Positions 8,691-17,916 of a stretch of 50,181 nt of DNA are shown here, in pieces. This DNA is from a virus (taxonomy: Duplodnaviria > Caudoviricetes). The stretch is from the IMG/VR virus record IMGVR_UViG_3300044980_000168, positions 1 through 50,181 of that record, one strand, 5' to 3'. A program made the position numbers and the translations under genes. Numbering within the stretch: the first letter of the stretch is position 1; every line of letters begins with the position of its first letter. Below the pieces are notes generated by a model, which did not search any database, was not told where the DNA came from, and worked only from the letters and a program-made list of their open reading frames with translations.

Positions 8691-8883
8691 GAGGGCCTCC
8701 ATCCTGAAGCTTCGAGATGCAGGCGTCCGCCGCCGCACGTCGCTGGGGGCTGGATGCGTCGACCATCTGTTTGGCAGATTCCACGCACTCGATACCCTTC
8801 GAGAGGTAAGGGTCAACCGCGCACGCCCAGCATGCGACCCCGAGCAGGAAGCAGCCGAGGGGGAGGAGCAGGAGATGTCTCAT
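8683..8883 (-). CDS. Small lipoprotein (spanin-like candidate)
   Basis: Signal peptide with lipobox-like GVAC/CWAC; lysis-region context. Confidence 0.6.
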   Translation of the reverse strand: MRHLLLLPLGCFLLGVACWACAVDPYLSKGIECVESAKQMVDASSPQRRAAADACISKLQDGGPHD

Positions 8884-9209
8884 GGCGTCGGGTCCTTGGG
8901 CGGGGTCTGAATAAGCGGCGGCGGAGCGATCAGCGGCGTCGAGCTGCTCACCGCCAACGTCTTAGCAGCTGCCACCGAGCCAGGCGAGAGGGTACCGCGC
9001 TTGAGATCCACCGAAGCCTGTAGCGCCGGAAGGAACTGCGGCCCGAGGGCGCCGAGGAGCCGAATCATCGCAGCCTTGCGCGGGTTCGCCAAGGCCCATG
9101 CGGGATAGTCCTTGTCCTGGATCGCCCACTGAATTAGCTGGAAGATGATGCCGGCCGCGGTGCCAAGGCCGGCGAGGATGTGGGTCCAGTGTGCGGCGAG
9201 CCAGTTCAT
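8880..9209 (-). CDS. Putative holin / membrane protein
   Basis: N-terminal TM segment, Pro-rich tail, lysis-region context. Confidence 0.55.
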   Translation of the reverse strand: MNWLAAHWTHILAGLGTAAGIIFQLIQWAIQDKDYPAWALANPRKAAMIRLLGALGPQFLPALQASVDLKRGTLSPGSVAAAKTLAVSSSTPLIAPPPLIQTPPKDPTP

Positions 9210-9775
9210 TTTACCCCGAGGTAGTGAGAGATCAGCGCCCAGAGCCCCATGCCTGCAGCGCCCGCCAACGCGAGCACGAGCGCCGGGAAGAACCGCCCCG
9301 TCATGAACAGCCAGGGCCTCGCCGCGCTCTTGAGGTCGCGGAGCTCGAGAGCCGCGCCCACCCTCTGCTCGACCTTCGTCTCGATGACGGCGGCCATCTG
9401 TCCCGAGGTCATGCCATAGCGGGGCTGTCCGTCCTGCGTCGGCGGGAGCTTCTCGAGCTCGTTGACGTCGACGAGGGAGGGGAGTCGGTCGCGCATGGGA
9501 GGAGGTTCGCTGGCGACATGCAGCGCAGCTTTCTGCTGAGCGTCGACGAGAAGCGCCACGTTCGCACGCACCTGTCCAACTTCTTTGGCGAGAATGGCCT
9601 GCCCGGCAGCAAGCCGACCCATCAGGCCCCAGGTGTCGTCCACGACTTTCTCAATGCGCTCGAGCCGATCGCTCTCACCCACATGGCGGTGCCCATTGCC
9701 TTCGGCCTCCGGCTCGATGCCGGAATGCCTGCCCTGGGGCGGCACGGGGGTGGGGCGGTCGGTGCTGGCCATCAC
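9206..9775 (-). CDS. Coiled-coil protein with C-terminal TM anchor (lysis region)
   Basis: Coiled coil plus PALVLALAGAAGMGLWALI. Confidence 0.65.
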   Translation of the reverse strand: MMASTDRPTPVPPQGRHSGIEPEAEGNGHRHVGESDRLERIEKVVDDTWGLMGRLAAGQAILAKEVGQVRANVALLVDAQQKAALHVASEPPPMRDRLPSLVDVNELEKLPPTQDGQPRYGMTSGQMAAVIETKVEQRVGAALELRDLKSAARPWLFMTGRFFPALVLALAGAAGMGLWALISHYLGVK

Positions 9776-10155
9776 GCGGGCGGAGCCTCACCTACTGCGA
9801 GTTGCGCGGGCTTGGTGCTGGGCGCGTCGACGATCGCGCGGAGGACAGCGATCACGTCGGGCGAGCTCTTCGCATGGATCGTCAGCATCGACGGCTTGCG
9901 AGCCTCGGCCGAGATGGCCGTATGCTCAGGCTCGCTCAGCTCTATGACGTAGTCGCCGAGCAACTTGCCTCGGAGCACCTGCGCGTCCAACACGTCGAGC
10001 TTGTCGGCCTGTAGGATGCCACTCACGAGGACGCGGAGCAGGCCCACTCGGGGCATCGTGACGAGCTTGCCATCCGGATCCATGGCCGGCTCGCCTGTAT
10101 TCGGATCGAGGATGATGAGGGGATCGGTCGCGGGGAGTATGAGGTATCGATTCAT
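9772..10155 (-). CDS. Hypothetical protein (possible fibre chaperone)
   Basis: Coupled ORF after the fibre genes. Confidence 0.6.
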   Translation of the reverse strand: MNRYLILPATDPLIILDPNTGEPAMDPDGKLVTMPRVGLLRVLVSGILQADKLDVLDAQVLRGKLLGDYVIELSEPEHTAISAEARKPSMLTIHAKSSPDVIAVLRAIVDAPSTKPAQLAVGEAPPA

Positions 10156-10451
10156 GATACCGACCCTACCAGACTGGGCTGTAGCACGGCCAGTGCGGCG
10201 AGCGCCCCAAGCTTCGGATGGCCGCCGTTCCCGGTGTAGAAAGCGGTAAGCGCCGCAGTCATCGTCGGCCCATCGCTCGTGGTCGCGAGCTGTGGCTGGA
10301 CGCCGGGGACGTGGTTGTCGTTCGCGTCGCTGGCGACGTAGACGATGATGATCGCGCTCAGGGTCCCGTTGGCCCAGCGCAGCGAGAAATCGACCACGGT
10401 CACGTTGGTGATCGCGGGCGAGGTGATCGGGTTCTGGAGTTGGGTGGGCAT
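10152..10451 (-). CDS. Small tail-fibre-associated protein
   Basis: ATG 10451 (MPTQLQNP) with AGGAAAG RBS directly after the fibre stop. Confidence 0.65.
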   Translation of the reverse strand: MPTQLQNPITSPAITNVTVVDFSLRWANGTLSAIIIVYVASDANDNHVPGVQPQLATTSDGPTMTAALTAFYTGNGGHPKLGALAALAVLQPSLVGSVS

Positions 10452-10458
10452 GTCTTTC

Positions 10459-12615
10459 CTAGACGCAGAGCACAACTTGAACGGTGATCCCATTCCAACT
10501 TGCGGGCGCAAACAAGAATGAGCCGGTGGCGACGTTGAGGGTGGACTTACCTCCGCCTCCGACGCTTTGCGTGGTTCCAATTGCGCCGCCTAGGAACGTC
10601 AGGACCCCGGGTGTGTTGCCGCTAGACACCACGCCGAGCGCACCATAGGTCGTGCCCCTGCCGGTGCTCAGTGTCGTCGTGGCGTTGGTAGATCCGGATC
10701 CGGATCCGCTCTGGATTAGAATCGCGCCTGCAGCGCCGTTGGTGGATCCGCCGCCTGTGATTGTGACCGCTCCTCCGACACCTGATGAGCCGCTGCTGGC
10801 GCCGCCAGTAATCGTAATGGCTCCGCCCGCGCTTGCACCCGACGATCCGCCAGCGCCGCCCAAGAGTGAGGCCGCGCCACCTGCGCCCACGGAGCCGGAG
10901 GCCGCCCCTCCGGCCACCTGCACCGCACCGGCGTTCGCGGAGCCAGAGTTGCCACCACCCTTCAGGGTGATCGTAGCTGCCCCCGTGGACCCCGATAGGG
11001 TTGCCGTCGCGATCGTAGTCGCTGCGGAAAACGTCACTGCCGAGCCGCTGATCAGCGCATTGTTTCCCACCGAGTCGTAGACATTGAGGGCTCCCCCGTT
11101 CGCCGAGAGCACGATGCCGCCCGAGGGGGCGGAGCTGGGCTGGGTCGTGGCGTTGGCAATCGCCATGACGCCCGCTCCACCACCGATCGATCCACCCCCC
11201 AGGCCGATGTTGTACCCGCTGATGGTCTCAAGCCCAAACGACGTTACGACGGCTATTTCCGTATTTGAGATAGAAAACAGTAGCTGTGCAGTGTCGTTTA
11301 TCGATGTATATGCGCCAGCGACTGCTGATAGAAAAGCGTAATTTGTCGCGCTTGGGGCGAGCGCTGCATTTCCAAACCACAACGCATCGTAGCTCACGTT
11401 CAACGCGCCCAGCCGCGCGCACCCCACGCCCGCCCGGGTGACGAGCAAGGCTGTCTCCGCACCTGTAGAAACTGGGGCCGCGAGCGCGACAACGCATGAT
11501 CCAGGTGTTCCCGTCCCCACCGTGGATGCGCCCGCATTCGGCGGCTGCGGTGTGATCGTGAGGTTCACCGGCGTGACCCCGGCGCTTGCCGCGATCGTCT
11601 GCGAGAGCCCCGGCCCTGTGTCCGCCGCCGCGAACCCAATCAGCCCGCTCCCGCTCGCGAAGGTGATGGCGCCGCTCTGCGCCTGCGCCACGACACACGC
11701 CGCCGTGGTCCCGCTCGCATCCCCGCCCATGGTCTGGGCGGCTTGGTTGGCGGCGGGCAACACGCTGGCGCCAACCGTCGCTGCAAGCGCAAGGTTCAGC
11801 GACCCGTACGACAACGCCGACGCACCCGAGACCTGCAGGACGTTGCCCGTCGTCAGCGCTCCCGCAGCTGGGACCGTGGCGCCATGGATCGCGAGATTGA
11901 CCATCGCGCCCGCCGCGCTGATCGTCGAGTCGCCCGATACGGACACCCAGGCAGTGGCGGGGGTTGCGTTGGTGATGAGCAACTGCCCGGCCGTGCCCGG
12001 TGAGATCCCGCTTGCTGCGAGTGGACCATAGGTCAGCGCACTGGAGCCCGAGACCTGCAACACATTGCCGATCGTGAGCGCTCCCGCAGCGGGGACTGTG
12101 GCGCCATGGATCGAGACGACGGAGAGGACTCCGGAGGAGTTGATCGAGCCGTCTCCGGACATCGTCTCCCACTGCACATTGGTGGATCCGGACAGGAGGA
12201 TCTGTCCGCTCGTGCCGACGATCGCGGCCGACTGGATCACCCCACCCGAAACCACGACGAGCCCGTTTCCAGTCACGCTCAAGGCGGGAGAGGCTACCCA
12301 GGTCGCAGCACCCCCAACCGTCGACAGGAACTGTCCGTTGGATCCAGGGGTGAGGTTGCCGAGCGGCATCAGCCCAGTAATGGCGGCGGCCTGCCCTAGG
12401 TTGACCGCGCCCCACAGGACGTTCGTGCCGGCGCTATTGGTTTGAAGCGTCTGGTATGCCGCGCCGAGCGAGGCCGCGCCGACGATGGCGCCGCCCGACA
12501 CGAGGACTACGCCAGTGCCAGTAGGAGATGCGAGGGAGCCGGAGGGGCCGGGGATCTGTTCGACGACGATGACCTCGGTACCCGAGGAGACGTCGACTAG
12601 GACTAGATCACCCAT
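10459..12615 (-). CDS. Gly/Ser/Ala-rich tail fibre protein
   Basis: Internal repeats (IHGATVPAAGALT.GNVLQVSG x2; PG..GQ.L) and C-terminal GGA.TITGG repeats. Confidence 0.8.
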   Translation of the reverse strand: MGDLVLVDVSSGTEVIVVEQIPGPSGSLASPTGTGVVLVSGGAIVGAASLGAAYQTLQTNSAGTNVLWGAVNLGQAAAITGLMPLGNLTPGSNGQFLSTVGGAATWVASPALSVTGNGLVVVSGGVIQSAAIVGTSGQILLSGSTNVQWETMSGDGSINSSGVLSVVSIHGATVPAAGALTIGNVLQVSGSSALTYGPLAASGISPGTAGQLLITNATPATAWVSVSGDSTISAAGAMVNLAIHGATVPAAGALTTGNVLQVSGASALSYGSLNLALAATVGASVLPAANQAAQTMGGDASGTTAACVVAQAQSGAITFASGSGLIGFAAADTGPGLSQTIAASAGVTPVNLTITPQPPNAGASTVGTGTPGSCVVALAAPVSTGAETALLVTRAGVGCARLGALNVSYDALWFGNAALAPSATNYAFLSAVAGAYTSINDTAQLLFSISNTEIAVVTSFGLETISGYNIGLGGGSIGGGAGVMAIANATTQPSSAPSGGIVLSANGGALNVYDSVGNNALISGSAVTFSAATTIATATLSGSTGAATITLKGGGNSGSANAGAVQVAGGAASGSVGAGGAASLLGGAGGSSGASAGGAITITGGASSGSSGVGGAVTITGGGSTNGAAGAILIQSGSGSGSTNATTTLSTGRGTTYGALGVVSSGNTPGVLTFLGGAIGTTQSVGGGGKSTLNVATGSFLFAPASWNGITVQVVLCV

Positions 12616-12617
12616 GG

Positions 12618-13028
12618 CTATCTCGAAAGGGACGGCTTGATCACAAAAGGACCGTCCGCATAATACAAGTTATTGGAGCCGTTTTTCACGAGCAGGTCAC
12701 AGTAATACGTCGCGGGAGTAAGGGCGACCGTGAGCGCGTTCGGAATGATGATGCTGATGGTTCCTATGGGAATACCCGTCGAAGTCGTCGTCGATCCAAA
12801 AGTGATTTGGCTCGCACCGCTCGTCAGGATGAAGATCTCAGTGCCCGTGATGTAGGGCAGCGTGTACACGCTAAAGGACGCCGAACACCCGGCGAAGGAG
12901 ATGGCCGTCGCCTGGGTGAGAGGGGGTGTCGAGAGCGCATCATTGGCCGTAGGCAACGAGGCATAACCCAGAACGAAGGTCTTGTCTTCGTTCTGGGTTA
13001 CCTCGAAACTTCGTGACCAGAGGCTCAC
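12618..13028 (-). CDS. BppU-like fibre/baseplate adaptor protein
   Basis: F.V.QNED....GTISIIIP..LT..L....YYCDL......YADG.FVI.P pattern; adjacent to the fibre gene. Confidence 0.55.
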   Translation of the reverse strand: MSLWSRSFEVTQNEDKTFVLGYASLPTANDALSTPPLTQATAISFAGCSASFSVYTLPYITGTEIFILTSGASQITFGSTTTSTGIPIGTISIIIPNALTVALTPATYYCDLLVKNGSNNLYYADGPFVIKPSLSR

Positions 13029-13040
13029 GACGAGCTCTTA

Positions 13041-14033
13041 CTACCAGTTGGCGATCGTAAGCAGGCCGGTGCTTGTGTCGGGCGTAGCACTGGTAGTACC
13101 TGCCGCAACAGTTGCGGTAATGCTGACCGTTGCAGTTCCAACAACACCGGATGCGATCTGCATCGGACCGATGACCGTGGCAGCTCCGCCTGAGGAGTAA
13201 AGACCGGTTCGATACTGAACCGTGGTCGTAGTGCCGGCAGCGTTTGTGGGCTGGAAAGCAATCTGCGTGGTCGTGAGAGAGCGAATCGGTACGTTCGTCA
13301 CGGTGATAAAGCTGCCTGCCAATGTAACTGCCTGGGTAACCGCCTGCGGGTAAAGCGCCGGATCAACTCCAGTTGAATCCGAAACCGTGCCCTTGATCGC
13401 GAAGGACTTCCAGGTCGTGCCTGCGTAGATCGTTCCTTCCGAAACGGTGAAGTTCTGCCCCGCGAGCGGGGTGCCGGGCTGCCACCAGGACGGACGGACG
13501 AGGACGCCCTTCACGGTGCCGGTACCGATGACCGAGATGACCCACGGACCGGCATCCGCAGCGTTCACGAGATCGCCGGCAGAAGCACCGACCGTTGCAC
13601 CCGGGATGAGGACCGTGTCTCCGACTGCAAGGGTAACACCGTCCGCCGTGCCGATGGCGGTAGCTGTTGCCTGAGTGAGGGTGCCCGTGAGGGACCCGGT
13701 ATAGGCCGCAGCGAGAAGGGTGAAGATGTTCGTCGCAACGGCGCGAACCTGCCCCACCATCTGCTGACCGCCCTGCACACCTACGGAGGTGAGCTGGACC
13801 CAGTAGGTCGTGGTCCCGCCATATGTAGCTGCTGCGACGGAGGTAGCCGCAGGTGCGGCTACGACGCCCGCCTGCGCCTGATAGAAGGCGAAGGGGTTCA
13901 TCGTCGCGACAATGCTGCCGGGAACGATCCTCTGCTGCTCGAGCGCGAGGGTCGCGAGGTTGGAGTAGACGGCTACGCCGGTGGGGCCAGGAAGGCCGAA
14001 GAGTGCTTCGACGGGAATCTGAACGGATGCCAT
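13041..14033 (-). CDS. Virion structural (fibre-like) protein
   Basis: VRAVATNI...ADGVTLAVGDTVLI...GPWVI...VSEGT motif typical of phage fibre domains; Thr/Ala-rich. Confidence 0.7.
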   Translation of the reverse strand: MASVQIPVEALFGLPGPTGVAVYSNLATLALEQQRIVPGSIVATMNPFAFYQAQAGVVAAPAATSVAAATYGGTTTYWVQLTSVGVQGGQQMVGQVRAVATNIFTLLAAAYTGSLTGTLTQATATAIGTADGVTLAVGDTVLIPGATVGASAGDLVNAADAGPWVISVIGTGTVKGVLVRPSWWQPGTPLAGQNFTVSEGTIYAGTTWKSFAIKGTVSDSTGVDPALYPQAVTQAVTLAGSFITVTNVPIRSLTTTQIAFQPTNAAGTTTTVQYRTGLYSSGGAATVIGPMQIASGVVGTATVSITATVAAGTTSATPDTSTGLLTIANW

Positions 14034-14105
14034 TTTCGTATGCCTTGGTTGCTATCTGAAGGTCGTCCGCGGGGTCGGTTGCGGGCGGAGGGCATTAGGC
14101 CTGGA

Positions 14106-14669
14106 TTACCAGTCACCTGCACCCGAACACTGATAGATGCGCATCGTTCCGGATCCCCCGCCTACGAAGCCCAAAAACTGGTCGTAAGCAGCTTGGATCT
14201 CGAACTCGTAATAGGATCCGCTGGGGATGGCGAAACACATCCCGGGGTTTCCACCTGCTGTAAAAAGACCAGCGGCTGAAAGAGTGGTGACGACGGTTGC
14301 CAACACGGGCGCGTTTGCACCTGTGACATCCGTGATGAGTCGACCTGTGATGAGCCCGAGCTCCGCACCGTCCGCATAGATAGCGATGCGGGTGCCGACC
14401 ACGCCGGAAGTCTGGCTACCTCCAGGCTGGGTTGTATCGGCTGGTTGAGGGTAGAAACCCGCCAAGCTCAAGACGAGCGGAGTAACCGCCGCCACTGTAA
14501 AAGAGGCACACGAGCCAGGCACCCCCGGCGTAGGCGCAGCTCCGGCCGCACCCGCATTATTGGCCGGTACGGTCGCCAAGAGCTGGCTAGCCCTGGGTGG
14601 ACAGTGGTTGAAGTATCGTTTCGCGGGTGACGTAAGGGGCACGTGGGTTCCGGCGCCACGAGGTGGCAT
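14106..14669 (-). CDS. Virion structural protein (hypothetical)
   Basis: Beta-rich Gly/Ala/Thr composition within the structural operon. Confidence 0.6.
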   Translation of the reverse strand: MPPRGAGTHVPLTSPAKRYFNHCPPRASQLLATVPANNAGAAGAAPTPGVPGSCASFTVAAVTPLVLSLAGFYPQPADTTQPGGSQTSGVVGTRIAIYADGAELGLITGRLITDVTGANAPVLATVVTTLSAAGLFTAGGNPGMCFAIPSGSYYEFEIQAAYDQFLGFVGGGSGTMRIYQCSGAGDW

Positions 14670-14730
14670 ACTTCGGAAGGTCGTGCGGCGGGCTTACGGT
14701 GCCGGACTGGAGCTATCTGTACTTCTTTGG

Positions 14731-17700
14731 CTAGCCTAGCGCAATCTTCTCGGGTCCGGTAGCCATCTGACTTGCCAGGTGAGCTCGATCCTTGTGGCCT
14801 CCCCCGGCCGCTCCTGGAGCCTTGGAGCGGTTGGACTTGGCGGGGGTACCCATGTTTGGGGCCTGCTGAGGTGCGAAGGTCGTTTGCCAGGCCCCCACGT
14901 TCTGAAGGTTCGGACTGACGGCGCCACCCAGGAGGGTGCTTGCCCCGGTGAGCTGCTTGTAAGAAACGGCCTTCGGCGTCTCCTGCATGTAGGTAACGGT
15001 CTTCTTGCCGATGTGCGCGGCCAGGGCGGGCATGCCGGAGTTATTCATCGCCTCGATCTGATCATGTACGGCGATACCCTTCGCCACGTCATGCATGACG
15101 CTGAGGGGATCGTTCGCGGCGTCGAACTTCCGGTTATACACGTGCTTGTCATGCTCGCTCACGGGGAGGGGGTTCACGTGAGGCATCATCGGAGTGGTCG
15201 TTTGCTCCTTTGGGAGCTCGTTCGCCAAGTATGTCAAAGTCCTCAAGGCGGCCGACTGGAAGGAAGCCGCCACCCCAGGAGCGTGTGGCGCAATGCTTGA
15301 GACGGCTTGCTCGAGTCGAGCTTGATGCGCGGCGGGGTCCTTCATCGCCGCCAGGACAGCATCCCTCTTCTCTTCGAATGTGTTCAGGCCGTGAGAGGGA
15401 GGCGATTTTGGAGGGACGGGCCCATGTCCAAAGATGCCTCGGATGCCTTCGTCGATCTGCTTGTCGACGCTTTCCGAAGCCTTCGTAATCGCTCCCATGG
15501 CTGAGAGCTTGTCCAGCAGGACGGCAGCCGTGCTTCCGCCGCGCTCCTTTACGACCTTGTGGGCGAGCATGCCGGCGAGACCTGCTCCGAGCCCAGCGGG
15601 ACCCGCAGCAACGTGCCCAATGCCCGCGCCTGCGATGTATCCGGTCAAGGAGAACTTGTTGTTCTTCAGATGGCTTGCGGCGGCCTTGGTGAACGCCTTG
15701 TCTGCCACGCGTAGCTTCCGGTTGCGAAACTTCTCGGCCTTGTAGGCTTCAGTCCAAGCCTTGGGCATCTCGCCTGAAGCGACCTTCTCGTCCATGGAAG
15801 AGAGGATCTTGTCTTCAAGTACGTTGCGGATGTGCTTCTTGGCGGCGTTCTTCGCCATACCGTTTGGGTCGAGTGCGTTCCATTTGATGTCCGCATCGAT
15901 GCTCTTCCTCATGTCTCCAAGGGTCTTGAAAGACAGAGGAGTGTCCATGATGGTTTTCTCGTGCAGGTTCTTCGCCTCCGAAGCCGCCGTCTCTGCCGCC
16001 TCCCTAAGGGATGTCGCTTGCTGCACACGAGCATGGAAAGCATCTGCCTCGGCCTGGCGTGTGGCCTTGGCGATTCGAGCCTCTTCGGCGTGGCGCATGG
16101 TCCGATCTACCTTGGACGCTGCGCGGAGCTCTTCGGCTTCCGCGACCTGGGCTGCGCGCTTGGCTTTGGTGACGAGCTCAGGCTTGGCTTTCGGAAACAA
16201 GTCCTCCGCCCGGATGGGCTCACGTCCGCCCTTCTGTAGGAAGGCCGTCATGGCTGCATGCCCCTCCGGAGTTTCCTTGAACGCCGCGAAGGCCTCCGGT
16301 GACATGGGCTTCAGGGCTTCAAGCTCCTGCGCACGCTGTGCCCGCGTAATCTGCGCAGTTTCTAGACGGTCGTTCGCGAGCTTCGCCTCCTTGGCTGTCT
16401 TCGTCTCCCTGGCTTCTGCCGCTTTCACGGCCTGCGCTGCGTTTTCACGAGCGGCAATTTCAGAGTTCTCAGCAGCACGTGCTCGCTTCACTGAGCCGGA
16501 AGCTTCTACGGCTTCGTTCGCCTTTGCAGCCAGTGTTTCCTTCGTGTCGTTCGCGGCACGGGAGGCGAAATCCCCCTGCACACCCTTGAGTTCTGCGATC
16601 TGTGCAGCGTTCTTATGGGGTTCGATTTCAAGCCGGTTGATCTCGGTCTCAATAGAATCGTACACGTCTCGATACGTCGCGGCCCGCATGTCGGCAGGGA
16701 GCATCGCGGCGAGCTTCTCGCTGGAGGAACGAAAGGCCTGATTCACGGCGGGCTGGGCGTCGACGGCTCGCTGCCCCATCTTGACCAGGTTTTCCTTCAG
16801 GAGAAGGTCTCCCACCATCTCCTTGCCGTTCTTGAACCCCGCTGCCTTCGCTTCTTTGTCTAGGGCTTGCAAATCTTTGGCGGCGGAAGCGTTCCTTCCC
16901 TCCATTCCGATAGACATCGCTGTATCGGCCGCCAACGACTTCAGCTTCGGTGCGACGGCATCGATGGCCTCATGTGCAAGCACGCCGCCCGCGCCAAAAA
17001 GACCCCCACCAACGCCGCCCAGTAAGGACCCAACACCTACGCTCGCCAGGAGCTTCTCACCGTCGAGCTGGGGGTCTTTCGAAAGGCTCTGCTCGGACAG
17101 GTAGTCGCTGGCGCCATAGATGGCCCCCTCGGCTCCCATCCGACCGCCCATGATGGCGGCTTTCGTAGCTAGCTGCCCGGAAAGCGTGGTCGCTTCTTTT
17201 GGAAGGAGGCTCGCGATGCCGCGCTCCACCCGCTCGCCAACAGATGTGACGAGATGCTGAGGGGCCGAGATGACCTGCCCTGCTCGGGCCAGTATGCCAG
17301 GAGGTGTCGTCGCAGCACGTGCCGCTACTTGTGCGGTTTCGGTGCCTTCGGCCGCGCTCGCTGCGCCTCGAACGGCTGCGCTCGTAGCCCCTTCGGCTCC
17401 TAGGGCGGCGGCCTCTTCAGGGGCTGCAGCTCCTCCGCTGAGGGCGAGCGGCGCCAACATACCGAGGGCTTGACCTCCTCCGTGAGACCAAGGGTTTTCC
17501 GCCACGGACTGGCGGATGCCCTCCATGGTTTCCTTGGAGGTAACGGCGCGGAGGGCTGCATCGGACAAGCCGAGGCTGAGACCACTCGCAGCACCTACCG
17601 CGGCAGCTTCGAGTTGGTGACCGGGATCTCCGTACTGCTCGCGTCTCTTCTTGAGGGCGGCTTGCTGTACGAGATCTTCTTGATGTTGCTGCCATTCCTC

Positions 17701-17916
17701 GTCTGTGAGAGGCGTGGCTCCGTTCTGTAGCGCTGAATGGTAGGTCTCATAAGGGACCGTGCCGACTTGATCGCCCCATCGGACGGGTACGAGCTGACCC
17801 GGATCAGGTTGGCCTGCTTCGGGCGCTTCGTCTGTCGTTTCGGGAGCAGGATGCGCCTGCTCGAGCACCGATACCATCGGTCCCGAAGTGGCAGGGATGA
17901 GCGTATTTTCGGGCAT
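14731..17916 (-). CDS. Large internal virion / DNA ejection protein
   Basis: 1061 aa Ala-rich helical protein with GxxxG membrane-type segments, last of the ejection cluster. Confidence 0.7.
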   Translation of the reverse strand: MPENTLIPATSGPMVSVLEQAHPAPETTDEAPEAGQPDPGQLVPVRWGDQVGTVPYETYHSALQNGATPLTDEEWQQHQEDLVQQAALKKRREQYGDPGHQLEAAAVGAASGLSLGLSDAALRAVTSKETMEGIRQSVAENPWSHGGGQALGMLAPLALSGGAAAPEEAAALGAEGATSAAVRGAASAAEGTETAQVAARAATTPPGILARAGQVISAPQHLVTSVGERVERGIASLLPKEATTLSGQLATKAAIMGGRMGAEGAIYGASDYLSEQSLSKDPQLDGEKLLASVGVGSLLGGVGGGLFGAGGVLAHEAIDAVAPKLKSLAADTAMSIGMEGRNASAAKDLQALDKEAKAAGFKNGKEMVGDLLLKENLVKMGQRAVDAQPAVNQAFRSSSEKLAAMLPADMRAATYRDVYDSIETEINRLEIEPHKNAAQIAELKGVQGDFASRAANDTKETLAAKANEAVEASGSVKRARAAENSEIAARENAAQAVKAAEARETKTAKEAKLANDRLETAQITRAQRAQELEALKPMSPEAFAAFKETPEGHAAMTAFLQKGGREPIRAEDLFPKAKPELVTKAKRAAQVAEAEELRAASKVDRTMRHAEEARIAKATRQAEADAFHARVQQATSLREAAETAASEAKNLHEKTIMDTPLSFKTLGDMRKSIDADIKWNALDPNGMAKNAAKKHIRNVLEDKILSSMDEKVASGEMPKAWTEAYKAEKFRNRKLRVADKAFTKAAASHLKNNKFSLTGYIAGAGIGHVAAGPAGLGAGLAGMLAHKVVKERGGSTAAVLLDKLSAMGAITKASESVDKQIDEGIRGIFGHGPVPPKSPPSHGLNTFEEKRDAVLAAMKDPAAHQARLEQAVSSIAPHAPGVAASFQSAALRTLTYLANELPKEQTTTPMMPHVNPLPVSEHDKHVYNRKFDAANDPLSVMHDVAKGIAVHDQIEAMNNSGMPALAAHIGKKTVTYMQETPKAVSYKQLTGASTLLGGAVSPNLQNVGAWQTTFAPQQAPNMGTPAKSNRSKAPGAAGGGHKDRAHLASQMATGPEKIALG

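Noticed and set aside
10459-12615. Diversity-generating retroelement target in the tail fibre
   Set aside because: No reverse transcriptase or adenine-specific TR/VR pair; the internal repeats are in-frame protein repeats.
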